A stretch of DNA of 64,000 nucleotides from a virus. Positions 51,101 through 61,300 of the stretch are shown piece after piece. The stretch lies in the IMG/VR virus record IMGVR_UViG_3300013101_002049, positions 32,001 through 96,000 of that record; one strand, 5' to 3'. The translations under genes were made by a program, and so were the position numbers. How positions within the stretch are numbered: position 1 is the first letter of the stretch; every line of letters starts with the position of its first letter. Under the pieces are notes generated by a model, which ran no database searches, was not told where the DNA came from, and was given only the letters and a program-made list of their open reading frames with translations.

Positions 51101-52006
51101 ACTAATAATAGAAACTTTAGTTCTTTTAGAATTAGATATAAAGGGTCAGGTAATCCATTTACTATGTATATTGATGATTTACAAATTAAGCGTAATACTT
51201 TTGATGATGATGTTAAATTTAATAAAGGTTTGTGTTTAACTGGTTATGATTATTTAGATATACCATTATCTGGAGTTACATTAGAACGCGGTGCGATTGA
51301 GTTTTGGGTTAAATTCTATACTGATACTTATGGAATTGATATATTTGGTGATATGAATTCAAGGTCGTTATTTACTATGGTGAATAATAATAATGATGTA
51401 ATATCGTTGGGCATAAGATCTGGTTATTGGTTTGCACCAAATGCTGGTCATGTTAGAAAAGCTTTGAATTTATTTGAAGTAAATAATAATTTGTTACCAC
51501 CAGAATATGTTTTTTCTATCGGTGATACAGCACATATAGCTTTGGTTTGGAGTAATGATGGTGAATATTTAGATAACGGCGACACCATAAGAATGTATAT
51601 TAATGGCGAGTTAGCTGTAAGAAATAATATAGCATGGAATGTTGAAGATACTAAGGCACTTTCAATAAGATTGGGTGGTGCAAATACGCAGTTAGCTTTA
51701 AACAGTGATTCTTATGGTAGTGCAGTATTTGATAATGTTAAAATTTATAATTATTGTAAAACAAGTTTTACTCCTAATGAAGAAGGTATTGCTAAAGATA
51801 AGGTATATACCCCTAATGAGTTTATACAAATATCGAAAGATGATGTTAATTTTTATGGTTTAGGTTCAGATCAATTACCATTGGTATTTTCACAAGTACC
51901 CGCTGGAGCTTCTAGAACTATTTATTTAAGAACAAATAAAAATGAAAATTTTGGGCGGGGTAAAACGACCGCTAATTTAATAGTTGAATGGTTAACAACG
52001 GTGTAA
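45179..52006 (+). CDS. Very large tail/baseplate protein with carbohydrate-binding-like, discoidin and LamG-like domains
   Basis: 2275 aa. YPDNAVDG...YLEIDFGQLYDINKIVLYHG...ARRARLTI is discoidin-like; GAIEFWVK...HIALVW...MYING...FDNVKIYN is LamG-like. Confidence 0.75.
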   Translation: MSYNFLRDSRYIRNSFLCMYDTLDGYSSDFHENGDVDGWDLYNNIYLYGCWNGVLFGTSYDRDCYIGRSANLLPIEAEYYYVVKIMMKVTNNNSDKAVQGLTTGRIRWTRLGDSSWDSNKQMDFDITADDKWHLYTINMGPAQWWQGDISNLRIYPFLDGWSGDEFAIKYVKISSQNKYACTNTQCPYYLSYEHPCPGGGSRGSCESGLQNTTYTTISGVNDKFSINIDGYGEETFDLGTNENVTPIEMAKILANNIASLNVGGYSYVEVDYSENDKLKIYSGTVGSDSSVMVVDSSAARALGFFDNEGNDISTTEIGTDPADGFDYASSRMLTALEINKLIDGRTNSFAYIHNPQQYNIEGGRRDFNEIGTSRLLSGVTSGEYYQSLNNTGRTLIDLSHPINNNGWLKAIYMYGKITSLAKIKILRPKKDGTFTVVYSLDMPTEDATKLYTTRPINYRVDCDILVTKGDVIGIYNADLYVGVTLNGRPDAVFQQLAGDVVVGDAIDAGEVYSFGVAGFAIYARGDRWQDNIVLDIDLGDRINIEEMNIYGREESDEFEFNIASCLDLSWDVDLYNETHYHSGVRWTDGTTWTETHLNVGYGHSCLNDCVRTADNGRQGDTFTSGPNGMETYGHHAYFYVDGDAEWLYSFSCTGKTEYCWPYVPGSAYGTTRTAGVGGFTRDPISFTLMFPYNFTTKIHKSIVYFKERNNFRSIELSYYLGPYQSTGNAYKDSRFMRVPDYTSVKLDGLEYLPDSDDMSNDYIFNNPTNEDIQFARANRYDPINWREYRAALITDWTILEHNFDPVGCAGFRIYTNNHNSTKIMEMELYSKVETDPSLLDNVSLSFSDYGEIWIDVSFEEINDSKISGFMGGAPRYMRLEFSSATTFELNEIECLVGDQVKLEDCKDIIDLNHAPNKRIGDSTPIVLENVYDKAFDLSVDIPRETSESEDIIFWSKLNSQTDVEDPQIGPGCKLYKNDDYDIRNDNKQCAINVPAYGLKNIIDNKNSYVYENAGDWRFHEVLSSGVSLDYSNSEIDFRETLVTFPAVSSKYWKIVHSDSGLLLSNITPYFDDTDRDVGEVYAWSTNDNLSQNYTLTHRDGLDIEGSPLRNDVTGEALDLIWSIVPSGTIIMDNMGAVVDNYTGSSSPYIISTFDSMTDFTFFIDFIMYRASDNRMAITQVDFLDSGDNRVIRWEIYDYWVGSQQTAHRLYDKSTPLWGDHVYVTINNTATDFNGLYIERQGSNLIYKLNGVEYYNGSFSADAVAKMKIVLARSPSYTPPDKHGVYFSSQETMGFSLDSSEALNKIRFRHLNGNFPSSAEIWVSPDNGNNYIKWSNLTLEESNQTFYQYFAIDLEKRHDLAILRNYGEASNKLWLSVDDSNVTYSNTETSDVESVVWDNTDYDDTRWIRIALLCGDGVRRWLRKVGIYPDITTAYCIGGGYNCEWYSLGNILSDYYNPINVAYGAVVTGTNNYFRDFYPDNAVDGISTDYRSQACWGFDDSDGDPYLEIDFGQLYDINKIVLYHGYSPDDDDYMNVDYNFKVSTTVSGDDFTTVFSITSNSDFTRTHYFTPVSARRARLTITDYDHGRLFIVDPITNEYEVFLGSFLREIGVYTYTDVGYINSENWPIVCMNLLDQFQIVNHELINKDPSDTDTDWDNDEIYFKYSDNIFNDPEKVSFTRAGSEVEIYSTSDSSGDAATTFEYIFDENVYFDAGSYNVEWQSYYNQSDAEISLTLEGPDLAELYAETISTTWADESGVIEVPMDGFYTVKVVQHENSENHWGGRNVYIYRMAGLTKWVSVKRDTAENYSWDDDSAKYGADYLTLIKIFGDTKYIPTEYGWWWQSTLSEISNDSLLVKTGARSLKISYPTSSGIDTVQFFEGDDFGQDVYFSAKDMLHFWLYIDDVSELDTATGDITFGIINDADPAYYIWYIENLSLNTGWNSLKLKFEDAEYTYPVPSQSDYIFGYLNAGLDFRTNNRNFSSFRIRYKGSGNPFTMYIDDLQIKRNTFDDDVKFNKGLCLTGYDYLDIPLSGVTLERGAIEFWVKFYTDTYGIDIFGDMNSRSLFTMVNNNNDVISLGIRSGYWFAPNAGHVRKALNLFEVNNNLLPPEYVFSIGDTAHIALVWSNDGEYLDNGDTIRMYINGELAVRNNIAWNVEDTKALSIRLGGANTQLALNSDSYGSAVFDNVKIYNYCKTSFTPNEEGIAKDKVYTPNEFIQISKDDVNFYGLGSDQLPLVFSQVPAGASRTIYLRTNKNENFGRGKTTANLIVEWLTTV

Positions 52007-52018
52007 AGGGGATAGATT

Positions 52019-55000
52019 ATGTCAAAATACAATTTGATAAGAAATGGCGCGTTTTCTGGATCAGGGGATCATAGTTTTACTTGGGCTGATCTAGAATTAC
52101 TTCAAGATGGAAATACTACAAGTAGTGGTGTAACTATTTCTGGAACTAATAATTTGATTGTGGATTTATCGCAACGTATAAAAGTAGATGGTATTCGTTT
52201 GTATGCGAGTGATATGAGTAAGTCCAGTAACATACATTTTTACTATAAGAATGGAACTTCTGATAGTTATACCTCATTGATTACGAGTTCTGGAACTTAT
52301 TATTCTACAACTATTCCTGCCCCTTCCGCACCGAGATATGTTAAAGTAACTATTAGTGGTGTGTCCATGGATTTATATGAATTTCAAGTATTTAATGATG
52401 ATTATATTGTAAACTTCGGTGAAAATGGGCAGCAGTATGTAGAATATATTGAAAGTACTCCAATTGGTGAGATAGGTGATCCACAAGCTATACCTATTTA
52501 TAATAATAGTGAAAATAATATGGCGGCTACTGCGTATACTTGTGTAGAAGCTGTTGGTTCTGGCTATGATAATTACATTGAAATTTCGGCTAGTGAAAAT
52601 GGCCCCTATTATGCTATAGAAGACGGCGCGGTAATAGAGAATGATTCACTTGCATCAACTTGGCGTTGGAGTGATGGTACTTTGACTGATGTTGAAGTTA
52701 ATGATCAAAGTAATTTAGAAGTATCAATAGGTATAGGATCTAAATTGAATGAAATTCAGTCAGATGTTAAAACATATAATTGGTATGTAACGGAATCGGC
52801 TTGGGATTTTGATCCTATTAGTAAAAAAATGTATACTAGCGGTAGTGATGGTATATATAAATTATGGGAATATCATTATGAAAATGATACATATACTTAT
52901 ATAGGTGAATTAGGCGGCGGCACTGTTACTAGTGAAGCTTGGAAAGGATCAATGTGTGTTTTAAATAATAAGATTTATTCTATTCCAGAATCTACTCAAG
53001 TATTCGGCTGTTATGATTTAAGCGGTCCTGCGGGTAATTGGACTACATTATCTGGGCATCCTCATGCATTGTCTGGAGATAATGCACGTAGAGTGCTTTG
53101 TAGTGACTATAGTAGATATATTTATTGTATTGATGTAGCTAGGCATAGTCTAGTTAGGCGATTTTATAGATATGACACCACTACGTCAGGTTGGTATAGT
53201 TTGGACATCAATTACAGTTATGCTAATTCAGATAATTATTCTATGTCAGCTCATTTTGTTTATGATTATGATAGGGATTATATTTATTTTTCACATCAAA
53301 ATGGAGGTAATATGTGGAATATTCAAAGATACAATGTAGCCGCAGATAGTTGGAATACAACTTATTATAATCTCACTGCTTTAAAAACTAGCCCTGCTGC
53401 AGGAAGTTACGCGGCTATATCATATAATAATAATACGATATGGGTAGCTTTTAGCGCTGATAAGGCTGATGATGATATTTATGGTATTAATCTTGCTACT
53501 GGTGTGACAACTCGTTATACAAATATTAGTTGGGAACTGGAGCATTGGGGTGATGGTAGTGGTTATGCTAATCGTTCATCATATTTAATAGCTATAGATG
53601 CTTTACCTGGAGACACTACTTCTTCTCATATATTTGCAGGTCAAGTAGATTTAGATCGAACTCGAATTTTTACATTTCCTAGTTTTGATTTTTGTGATTA
53701 TGGTAGTTACACAACACCTATTTTAAAATTAGAAGATAAGTATAATTCGAGTTATTTTTATATAGATGGAAACACGAATAGTGTTTCTGGTAGTATTAGT
53801 TATGATGCAGATACTTATAATGGTACTATTCGAGTTCGTAGTTCAGATACAGAGCCAGTGATTATATATGAGTCTTATTTAGTATATATGGAGAATGCTG
53901 ATATACATATAGTTAGTTGGTCGCCTTATAACGATGAATATGTTGATTCTGAAAAATGGGCGTCTAGTCATAGAAGTACTTCACCTGGGGCTATAGCAGT
54001 TGATTGGCAAGATGGTAGATCTGCTATATGTTGGGGATATGGTTATTATGGTTATCATGAAAATGCTATTATAGAGGTTTATGATAGGGAAGGTTCTACT
54101 CTTTATTCTGAAAATACTGGTATTGATTATTATTATTATTTTAATGATAAATTGCAATTTGAAGGCGAGCATGGTTTGTGGGGTTATGGAAATGTTGATA
54201 GTTCAAATAATCGAATACTTAAACATTTAGATGAGGATTTAAGCGTTATAGCTTCGTATAGTGAGAGTTTACAAGATTTTTTATATGATTTAGCAACTGA
54301 ATATAACGGAAGAGGCTGTTGGTATACTAATTCTATTGATGATACGTTAGTGCATATGAATAGTGATTGTACTAAAATAAATACTATTATTATGAATTCA
54401 CCAAGAAGTGTAGCTCGAACTACTGATGGTGGTTGTTGGGTACATGATACGGAGGATGAAAAAGTTTATAGATATGATTGGAGTGGTAATAGAATTAAAA
54501 CTTTTGATTTACCTTATAATGCGATGTATCAAACACATGGGTTAAGTTTTATAATAGATGATCGCAGAGATGGTTTTTGGTATCGTCATGGTGATATAAT
54601 ACGTCATGTGACTAGTGCCGGTGCTGTGGATGTAGGACCGGTTACGGTGGTGGATTCTAATCAAATGTTTGGATCTCCAATTGGTTGTTTTGTACATTCA
54701 TCTGATGATAATAAGATGTATTGGATTAATATGAACGGCGGTATTGAAAGTTATCATTCTATGCCTGGAGGTGAATCTACTATTATATCTGGGTTTTATT
54801 ATGGTTACGATGAATTTGAAGAATTTAAAGAGCATTATATTCCGGTTTCTTATGACCCAGTTTGGGGAACTGGTGGTAGTTTGGAATGGCAAGAAGTAAG
54901 GAAAGATGGTTATTTTTTACCAAAAACTCAATATCACCAGGCAGAAATTACTTTAAGAGGAACAGCAGAATTAGAAAAAATTATTATAGCGCCAGCTGTA

Positions 55001-55126
55001 AAAGTTCAAGATATACAACCAAAAAGTAGTCGAAATATGTATGTGCGAACAAATATACCGCTCGAGGCTGATATATCTGATTATGAAATAAAATTAAGAA
55101 CTTGGTGGGGGATAGAAGATATTTAA
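52019..55126 (+). CDS. Tail protein with beta-propeller (Kelch-like and NHL-like) domains
   Basis: Repeats such as YIY...FYRYDTTTSGW and IQRYNVAADSW; PRSVARTTDGGCWVHDTEDEKVYRYD. Confidence 0.65.
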   Translation: MSKYNLIRNGAFSGSGDHSFTWADLELLQDGNTTSSGVTISGTNNLIVDLSQRIKVDGIRLYASDMSKSSNIHFYYKNGTSDSYTSLITSSGTYYSTTIPAPSAPRYVKVTISGVSMDLYEFQVFNDDYIVNFGENGQQYVEYIESTPIGEIGDPQAIPIYNNSENNMAATAYTCVEAVGSGYDNYIEISASENGPYYAIEDGAVIENDSLASTWRWSDGTLTDVEVNDQSNLEVSIGIGSKLNEIQSDVKTYNWYVTESAWDFDPISKKMYTSGSDGIYKLWEYHYENDTYTYIGELGGGTVTSEAWKGSMCVLNNKIYSIPESTQVFGCYDLSGPAGNWTTLSGHPHALSGDNARRVLCSDYSRYIYCIDVARHSLVRRFYRYDTTTSGWYSLDINYSYANSDNYSMSAHFVYDYDRDYIYFSHQNGGNMWNIQRYNVAADSWNTTYYNLTALKTSPAAGSYAAISYNNNTIWVAFSADKADDDIYGINLATGVTTRYTNISWELEHWGDGSGYANRSSYLIAIDALPGDTTSSHIFAGQVDLDRTRIFTFPSFDFCDYGSYTTPILKLEDKYNSSYFYIDGNTNSVSGSISYDADTYNGTIRVRSSDTEPVIIYESYLVYMENADIHIVSWSPYNDEYVDSEKWASSHRSTSPGAIAVDWQDGRSAICWGYGYYGYHENAIIEVYDREGSTLYSENTGIDYYYYFNDKLQFEGEHGLWGYGNVDSSNNRILKHLDEDLSVIASYSESLQDFLYDLATEYNGRGCWYTNSIDDTLVHMNSDCTKINTIIMNSPRSVARTTDGGCWVHDTEDEKVYRYDWSGNRIKTFDLPYNAMYQTHGLSFIIDDRRDGFWYRHGDIIRHVTSAGAVDVGPVTVVDSNQMFGSPIGCFVHSSDDNKMYWINMNGGIESYHSMPGGESTIISGFYYGYDEFEEFKEHYIPVSYDPVWGTGGSLEWQEVRKDGYFLPKTQYHQAEITLRGTAELEKIIIAPAVKVQDIQPKSSRNMYVRTNIPLEADISDYEIKLRTWWGIEDI

Positions 55127-55148
55127 TTGAATAAGGAGTAAAATTAAT

Positions 55149-55946
55149 ATGGGATATGCTACATGGAATCCATCAGATAAGCATAGTGATATAACATTAT
55201 CTAATGGTAATTTAACTGTGGGACATACTGGTTCCACTTATAGGTCTGTTAGATCTACTGTAAGTGTTAGCAGTGGTAAATGGTATTGGGAAATTACTGT
55301 TGATTCGTCTAGAGACCAAGTTTTTGGTGTGGGTAATAGTAGCGCGTCATTAAGTGAAGCACCTGGATGGAGTGATACTAGTGGCTGGGGTCTACAAGGT
55401 TATTATAGCCCAACAAGGTTATATCACAATGGAAGTTATGATGGTTATGGAAGTCAGTGGTCAGATAACGATGTTATAGGAGTAGCTCTTGATTTGGATA
55501 ATGGTAAATTGTGGTTTTCTAAAAATGGAGTATATCCAAATGGTGGAGATCCAGCTAATGGTACTAACCCTGGAGCAACTGGAGTAAGCGGGCACATTTA
55601 TGCTATGGTTTCTCCGTATAATAGTAGTTGTTCGTCAACTACAAATTTTGGAAGTACACCATTTTCTTATACTGTGCCTAATGGATTTATGGCTGGTTTA
55701 ACTGATTATTTAGGTTATTTTTCTGGTTACGTTAAAGAGGGGGATGTAGCTGTTAGTAGAATTGTAAGATTGTATAATAGGAATAGTGGTTTATTAGTAG
55801 ATTCAACTACATCAAGTGGTAATGGTTATTATTATGTCGAAACAACATATTCTGGTGCACATTATTTAATAGCTTTAGATGATGATAGTGGTGATAGTTA
55901 TAATATGGCTCGTTTAGATAAAATGATTCCTGTTAGTATAATTTAA
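55149..55946 (+). CDS. SPRY/B30.2 domain virion protein
   Basis: TWNPSDKHSDITLSNGNLTV...SGKWYWEITV...DVIGVALDLDNGKLWFSKNG; C-terminal module shared with 56774..58063 and 58386..62453. Confidence 0.85.
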   Translation: MGYATWNPSDKHSDITLSNGNLTVGHTGSTYRSVRSTVSVSSGKWYWEITVDSSRDQVFGVGNSSASLSEAPGWSDTSGWGLQGYYSPTRLYHNGSYDGYGSQWSDNDVIGVALDLDNGKLWFSKNGVYPNGGDPANGTNPGATGVSGHIYAMVSPYNSSCSSTTNFGSTPFSYTVPNGFMAGLTDYLGYFSGYVKEGDVAVSRIVRLYNRNSGLLVDSTTSSGNGYYYVETTYSGAHYLIALDDDSGDSYNMARLDKMIPVSII

Positions 55947-55958
55947 AAGGAGGCAAAA

Positions 55959-56768
55959 ATGTCTATTTATGATCCACCTATTGGAAATGATGCTGATCTT
56001 ATTTTTGTGTCTCCTGGTTATGAAGCTCCATTAGGGAATGATTCTGATTTGATTTTCGGTCCAGATATCATAGAAACGCTTTATCAGATTTGGACTGACG
56101 ATGATTATGTTTATGCTGCTACAGCAAGAGGTTTAGATATTTATGACATTGAAACTGAAGAAAAATATGCTTTTATAAATTATTCAAATGGATTTAATAC
56201 AGTATGGGCAAACGATGATAGAGTTTTTGTTGGCACAACTAATAGTGGTGTCAAATATTTTAATAAAACTTGTATTAGTGGTAGTATTAGTGATCCATAC
56301 AATTTAATTATTTGTTTAAGTGATTTAAGTGATCTAACTTATTATAGTCAATTAACATCAACTTATATTAAATATATCCATGGAAATAGTGATAAATTAT
56401 TGATTATCACAAACAGCGGTATCGATGTGGTAAAATTAGATCCACAGAGTTATCGAAGTCATTCTACAATGACAAGTGGTGTAAAAGGATTTATGACCTC
56501 GACTGGAAAATTTTACTATACAGTTTCAGGTACAAATGAATGGGCTATACATCGACTTAATACATGTTTAGTTGATTGGTCGGTTCCAGATAATGTGTAT
56601 AGAACTGGAGGTAGTATATTTGATGCTGACTTAACATTAAATGATATGTTTGTTACTGAAAATACTGCGTCGAATGATATATCAAACACATTGTTTGTTG
56701 CGACTTCAAGTGGTGTTTATGTAATTGATGAAGGAAATGATCTATATGCTATTTATTATAAGGAGTAA
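55959..56768 (+). CDS. Virion protein, propeller-like, with duplicated N-terminal YxxP.GNDxDLIF motif
   Basis: YDPPIGNDADLIF / YEAPLGNDSDLIF; VYAATARGLDIYD, VFVGTTNSGVKYF and LFVATSSGVYVID blades. Confidence 0.65.
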   Translation: MSIYDPPIGNDADLIFVSPGYEAPLGNDSDLIFGPDIIETLYQIWTDDDYVYAATARGLDIYDIETEEKYAFINYSNGFNTVWANDDRVFVGTTNSGVKYFNKTCISGSISDPYNLIICLSDLSDLTYYSQLTSTYIKYIHGNSDKLLIITNSGIDVVKLDPQSYRSHSTMTSGVKGFMTSTGKFYYTVSGTNEWAIHRLNTCLVDWSVPDNVYRTGGSIFDADLTLNDMFVTENTASNDISNTLFVATSSGVYVIDEGNDLYAIYYKE

Positions 56769-56773
56769 AAATT

Positions 56774-58063
56774 ATGCCTTGGTTAGAAGGATGGTCTAAT
56801 AGAATAAAACTGACATTAGATGGATCTAAAATTGATGAAGATCTTACTGATTTTCCATTGATGATTAATGTTGCATCGGGAACTGGTCGTACTAATAGCG
56901 ATATAACTGATGTGTTTGATGAATTGTCTACAATTTCCGGAACTAAAAAAATAGCTGTAACAACTAGTGACGGTGAAACTCAGTGTTACATTGAAATAGA
57001 GATTTGGGATTGGATTAATAAAGATGCTTATCTTTGGACTAAAGTTCCAACTATTACATCTGGAACAAATATAAATCTTTATTTATACTATGATAAAGAT
57101 CAGCCTGATAATACAACTTATGTTGAGAATACTGGAACTTATCCAGCAACGGAAGTGTGGGATGATAATTTTAAAGCAGTATATCATTTTTCAGAGTCCA
57201 GCGGTCAATTAATAGATTCAACCTCTAATAATTTCAATTGTACTGTTAATGGGAGTACTACTAGAAATCATGATTCTCCAGTAGGATATGCGTATAATTT
57301 TGATGGATCTGGGGATTACGCTGAGACCTTATCAAATATAGGTATATCATCTGATGATGTTAGAACATCTCAAGTAGTAATAAAAGCTAATTCAACATCT
57401 CAGTCTCAGTGGGCTTATTATTTAGGTTGGGGAGGTACAAACACGCTTATTGATTGGAATATGAACCACTTTAACGATACTGGTCGATGGGGAACAAGTT
57501 TGTGGGGTGTAGCTTATGATTATGATAGTAGTGTAGATATTGACACTGATAATTGGCATATTAATACATTCAGATATGATGGGTCTAATGTGTCTTCATT
57601 TATTGATTTAACTGAATTTGGTGTTAATGCACATACACCTAACACTTCAGATACTCATTTATTTATCGGTGGTGGTCATTACGGTGGTAGGGATTTTAAT
57701 TGTAAAATTTCTGAAGTGAGGATATCTGATATAAATAGAGCTGATGCTTGGCTTAAAGCCGATTATTATTCAGTTCATGATGATTTAATAACTTTTAGTG
57801 ATCCAGATAAAAGTGGACCACCAGTTTTAAGTTTTTCTGGTTATACTTATGAGATTGGATTACCGGTGTCAAGGATTGTGAGAGCTTATCGCCGTGATAC
57901 TGGCGAGCTGGTAGATGAAACTACATCTGATTCATCAGGGTATTATTATTTAAATACTACAATTAGTGGCGAACATTCATTAGTTTGTTTAGATGACGTT
58001 GGTGGAAATGATTATAATGATTTGATTATAGGGTGTGCTACTGCTTCTGGGATAGGAGGTTAG
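56774..58063 (+). CDS. DUF2341 + LamG-like tail protein
   Basis: WLEGWSNRIKLTLD..DEDLTDFPLMI...YIEIEIWD....AYLWTKVP...LYLYYD; AVYHFSE...ISEVRISDINR. Confidence 0.75.
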   Translation: MPWLEGWSNRIKLTLDGSKIDEDLTDFPLMINVASGTGRTNSDITDVFDELSTISGTKKIAVTTSDGETQCYIEIEIWDWINKDAYLWTKVPTITSGTNINLYLYYDKDQPDNTTYVENTGTYPATEVWDDNFKAVYHFSESSGQLIDSTSNNFNCTVNGSTTRNHDSPVGYAYNFDGSGDYAETLSNIGISSDDVRTSQVVIKANSTSQSQWAYYLGWGGTNTLIDWNMNHFNDTGRWGTSLWGVAYDYDSSVDIDTDNWHINTFRYDGSNVSSFIDLTEFGVNAHTPNTSDTHLFIGGGHYGGRDFNCKISEVRISDINRADAWLKADYYSVHDDLITFSDPDKSGPPVLSFSGYTYEIGLPVSRIVRAYRRDTGELVDETTSDSSGYYYLNTTISGEHSLVCLDDVGGNDYNDLIIGCATASGIGG

Positions 58064-58065
58064 TT

Positions 58066-58371
58066 ATGAATAATTTTAATTTCACTGAATCTGGTTATAT
58101 TCCTCCGTTACAAACTGAATATAATTTTAATTTTGGAGAAGTATATAGTGTTTATAATATTATCAAGAGTTTGTCAGATTATTTTGTTGCAATATGGGCA
58201 GATTCGGACGCAAGTTTAGAAAACGGTAAGATGTATGTTAGTTCGGCTGCATCATTTAATATAATAAATTTAAGTACTCATAGTGTCGAAGACTATTATA
58301 CTGAAAGTCATGCTGGAGAAGCTGGTGAAGTACTAGAAGGTGATGATATAGTTGATGTTAACACACTATAA
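58066..58371 (+). CDS. Small virion protein
   Basis: AGGAGG SD before the ATG at 58066; N-terminal FNFTESGYIPP...FNFG motif. Confidence 0.65.
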   Translation: MNNFNFTESGYIPPLQTEYNFNFGEVYSVYNIIKSLSDYFVAIWADSDASLENGKMYVSSAASFNIINLSTHSVEDYYTESHAGEAGEVLEGDDIVDVNTL

Positions 58372-58385
58372 AGGAGACCTACAAC

Positions 58386-61300
58386 ATGGGTTTTGATACA
58401 TGGCAAAATAAATTAAAATTAACAATAGATTCTTCTAAAATAGACGAAGATCTTACCAATTTCCCAATTTTGGTAGCTTTGTCTTCTGGAACTGGTATAA
58501 CTAATTATGATGCTACTGATGTGTTTGACCAGTTGGAGCCGAATACTATCTCTGGGGTTGCTGTGTCTGGTACATACGATGATTATACAAAATTGATGCT
58601 CCATATGGATGGGGATTTTTCTGATTCACAACATACTATTACTATGAATGGTAATCCTAAATTATATGCTACTGGAATATTTAACGGTAGTATGTATTTT
58701 GATGGTGCTGGTGATTATTTAAATATTCCTGATAGTAGTGATTTTGATTTGACTTCTGTATTTACTATTGATTTTTGGTTTAAAACTAATACTTCAAACC
58801 AATGTTGTTTACTTAATACTGGAAATGCTAACAATTCCAATGAGTATCAGATCGAAATGAATAGAACAGCAGGTAAGTTGTCAGTGTATTCTTCTGGACA
58901 AAAATGTGTAACTGCTAGTTCTTGGAATGATAACAATTGGCATCATTGCGCTTTAGTCTGTGATGGCACAGATATGAAAATGTATATAGATGGTGTAAAA
59001 GATGGAGAAGAACTTTCTTACGCTCCATCGTGGACACCTACTGGAATGTATATAGGTTCTGCTGGAGGGTCTGAATATTACACTGGTTATATAGATGAAT
59101 TACGTATATCAAAAGGGATATCAAGATGGACTTCAAATTTTACTACGCCGACTGAACCTTATACAACTGACTCTGGAACAGTTCTTTTGCTTCATATGGA
59201 TGGAGATCAGTCTGAGTCACAACACACAGTTACTTTTAATGGTAACCCACAGTTGTACGCTACTGGTAAATTTAATGGTAGTATGTATTTTGATGGTACA
59301 GGAGATTATTTAAGTCTAAGTGATGATTCTGATTGGGATTTTGGAACTGGTGATTTTACTATAGATTTTTGGATAAATCCAGGAGTACTTCCAGCTAATT
59401 ATTTTGAATTATCTGGAACAGCTACTGGTGATATGTTTATAGGTGGTAGATCTGGAACAGTAGGTATAGGTAGGGTAAATGTAGCTTGGGATCAGGAATA
59501 TGTAGGGGGACTTTCTACCACTACATGGGCTCATATAGCTTTTGTTAGATTTAGTGGTGTATTAACTATTTATGTCAATGGTTTAAGTATTGGTTCGGAT
59601 AATAATACTAATGATTATGATTTTAACTCTTTATATGTTGGTCGCCAATCAGGTTACTATTATACTGGTTATATAGATGAATTACGATTTTCTAAAGGAA
59701 TTGCTCGTTGGACTTCAAATTTTATTCCTCCAACTGGACCTTATGGAAGTTCATGGGATAACAGAAAAAAAATAGCTGTAACTACTGAAGTTGCTTCTCC
59801 TGGTATATATGATCCAATGACTAAATTATTATTGCATATGGACGGTGACCAGTCTGATTCTGAGCATACAGTCACATTTGCTGGAAATGCACAAAGTTAT
59901 TCAGCTATTGGTAAATTTGATGGAAGTTATAAATTTGATGGAGCTGGTGACTATTTGAATTTAGGAAGTGATTCTGATTGGAATTTTGGGTCGGAAGAAT
60001 TTACTATAGATTTTTGGATGTATGCTACTTCGAATGCAGATGAACGAGATGGTTTAATATGTGTCCAAAATGGATCAGGTGATATTGAAATACACATTGG
60101 TTTAGGCGTAGCTAGTTGGGGCAGCGCGGGTGATAAAATATGTTTATCTATTAATTATTCTGGTGGTTGGGGAGCAGATTTAGTTGGGTCTATTGGAGTA
60201 TGTGATTCTACTTGGCATCATGTAGCTATTACTAAAAGTGGTACCTCTTGGAAAACTTATATCGATGGCGTTGAGGATATCTCTACCACTTATAGTTTTA
60301 GTCCAGGAGCTGGAACATTGTTAATAGGTGCGCATATAACTACTGATAGATGGTTTAATGGTTATTTAGATGAAGTCCGAATTTCGAAAGGAGTTGTTCG
60401 ATGGGATTCTAGTTTTACCCCACCAACAGAGGCTTATACGACTGATTCCGGAACAGTTTTGCTGCTTCATATGGATGGTGACCAATCTAGGTCAGAGCAT
60501 TCATTTATGTTTAACGGTAATCCGCAAATTTCCTCTGCTGAATATAAATTTAATAGTAGTTACTATTTTGATGGCAGCGGGGATTATTTGTCTATACCAT
60601 CATCTACTGATTTTGGATTTGGTACAGATGATTTTACAATAGAATGTTGGACAAAATTTGGGGGAAGTCAAACAAACGATTCGGTTATTTGTGCTAATTG
60701 GGAAGAAACTGGTGGTTCTTGGGCGGCTAATGAATGGACACTTCATAATAATCATCATGTTAGTGGAGGTTATTGGTCATTTTGGGTATATAATATAAAT
60801 TCTAGTGCAGAGATATTAGTGTCTACATCAGCATCAAATGATGATACTTGGACACATGTAGCTGTGGTTAGATCTGGTCAGAATTTTTATTTATTTGTTA
60901 ATGGTGTTTTAGAAGATTCTACGTCTTCTAATCTTTCATTGGATGGTGGTGGATCTCACCCAGTTTATATAGGCGGGGATATAAGTACTATGTATTTAAC
61001 TGGGTATGTTGAAGAGTTTCGTATATCTAAAGGAATAGCACGGTGGACCACAACATTCAGCGGGTTGTTGCCAACAGATGCTTATGCTAGATCTACAGGC
61101 GAAGTGCAATTACCAGTAGAAATAGAACGTTGGGATAGTATAAATGAAAAAGCATGGTTGTGGACTCAGGTTCCAACTATTACGTCTGGTACTGATACAG
61201 ATTTATATTTGTATTATGATAAAGATCAATCTGATAATACAACTTATATAGGAGATACCGGTGAAGTAGCATCTCAAAATGTGTGGGATAATGATTTTGT

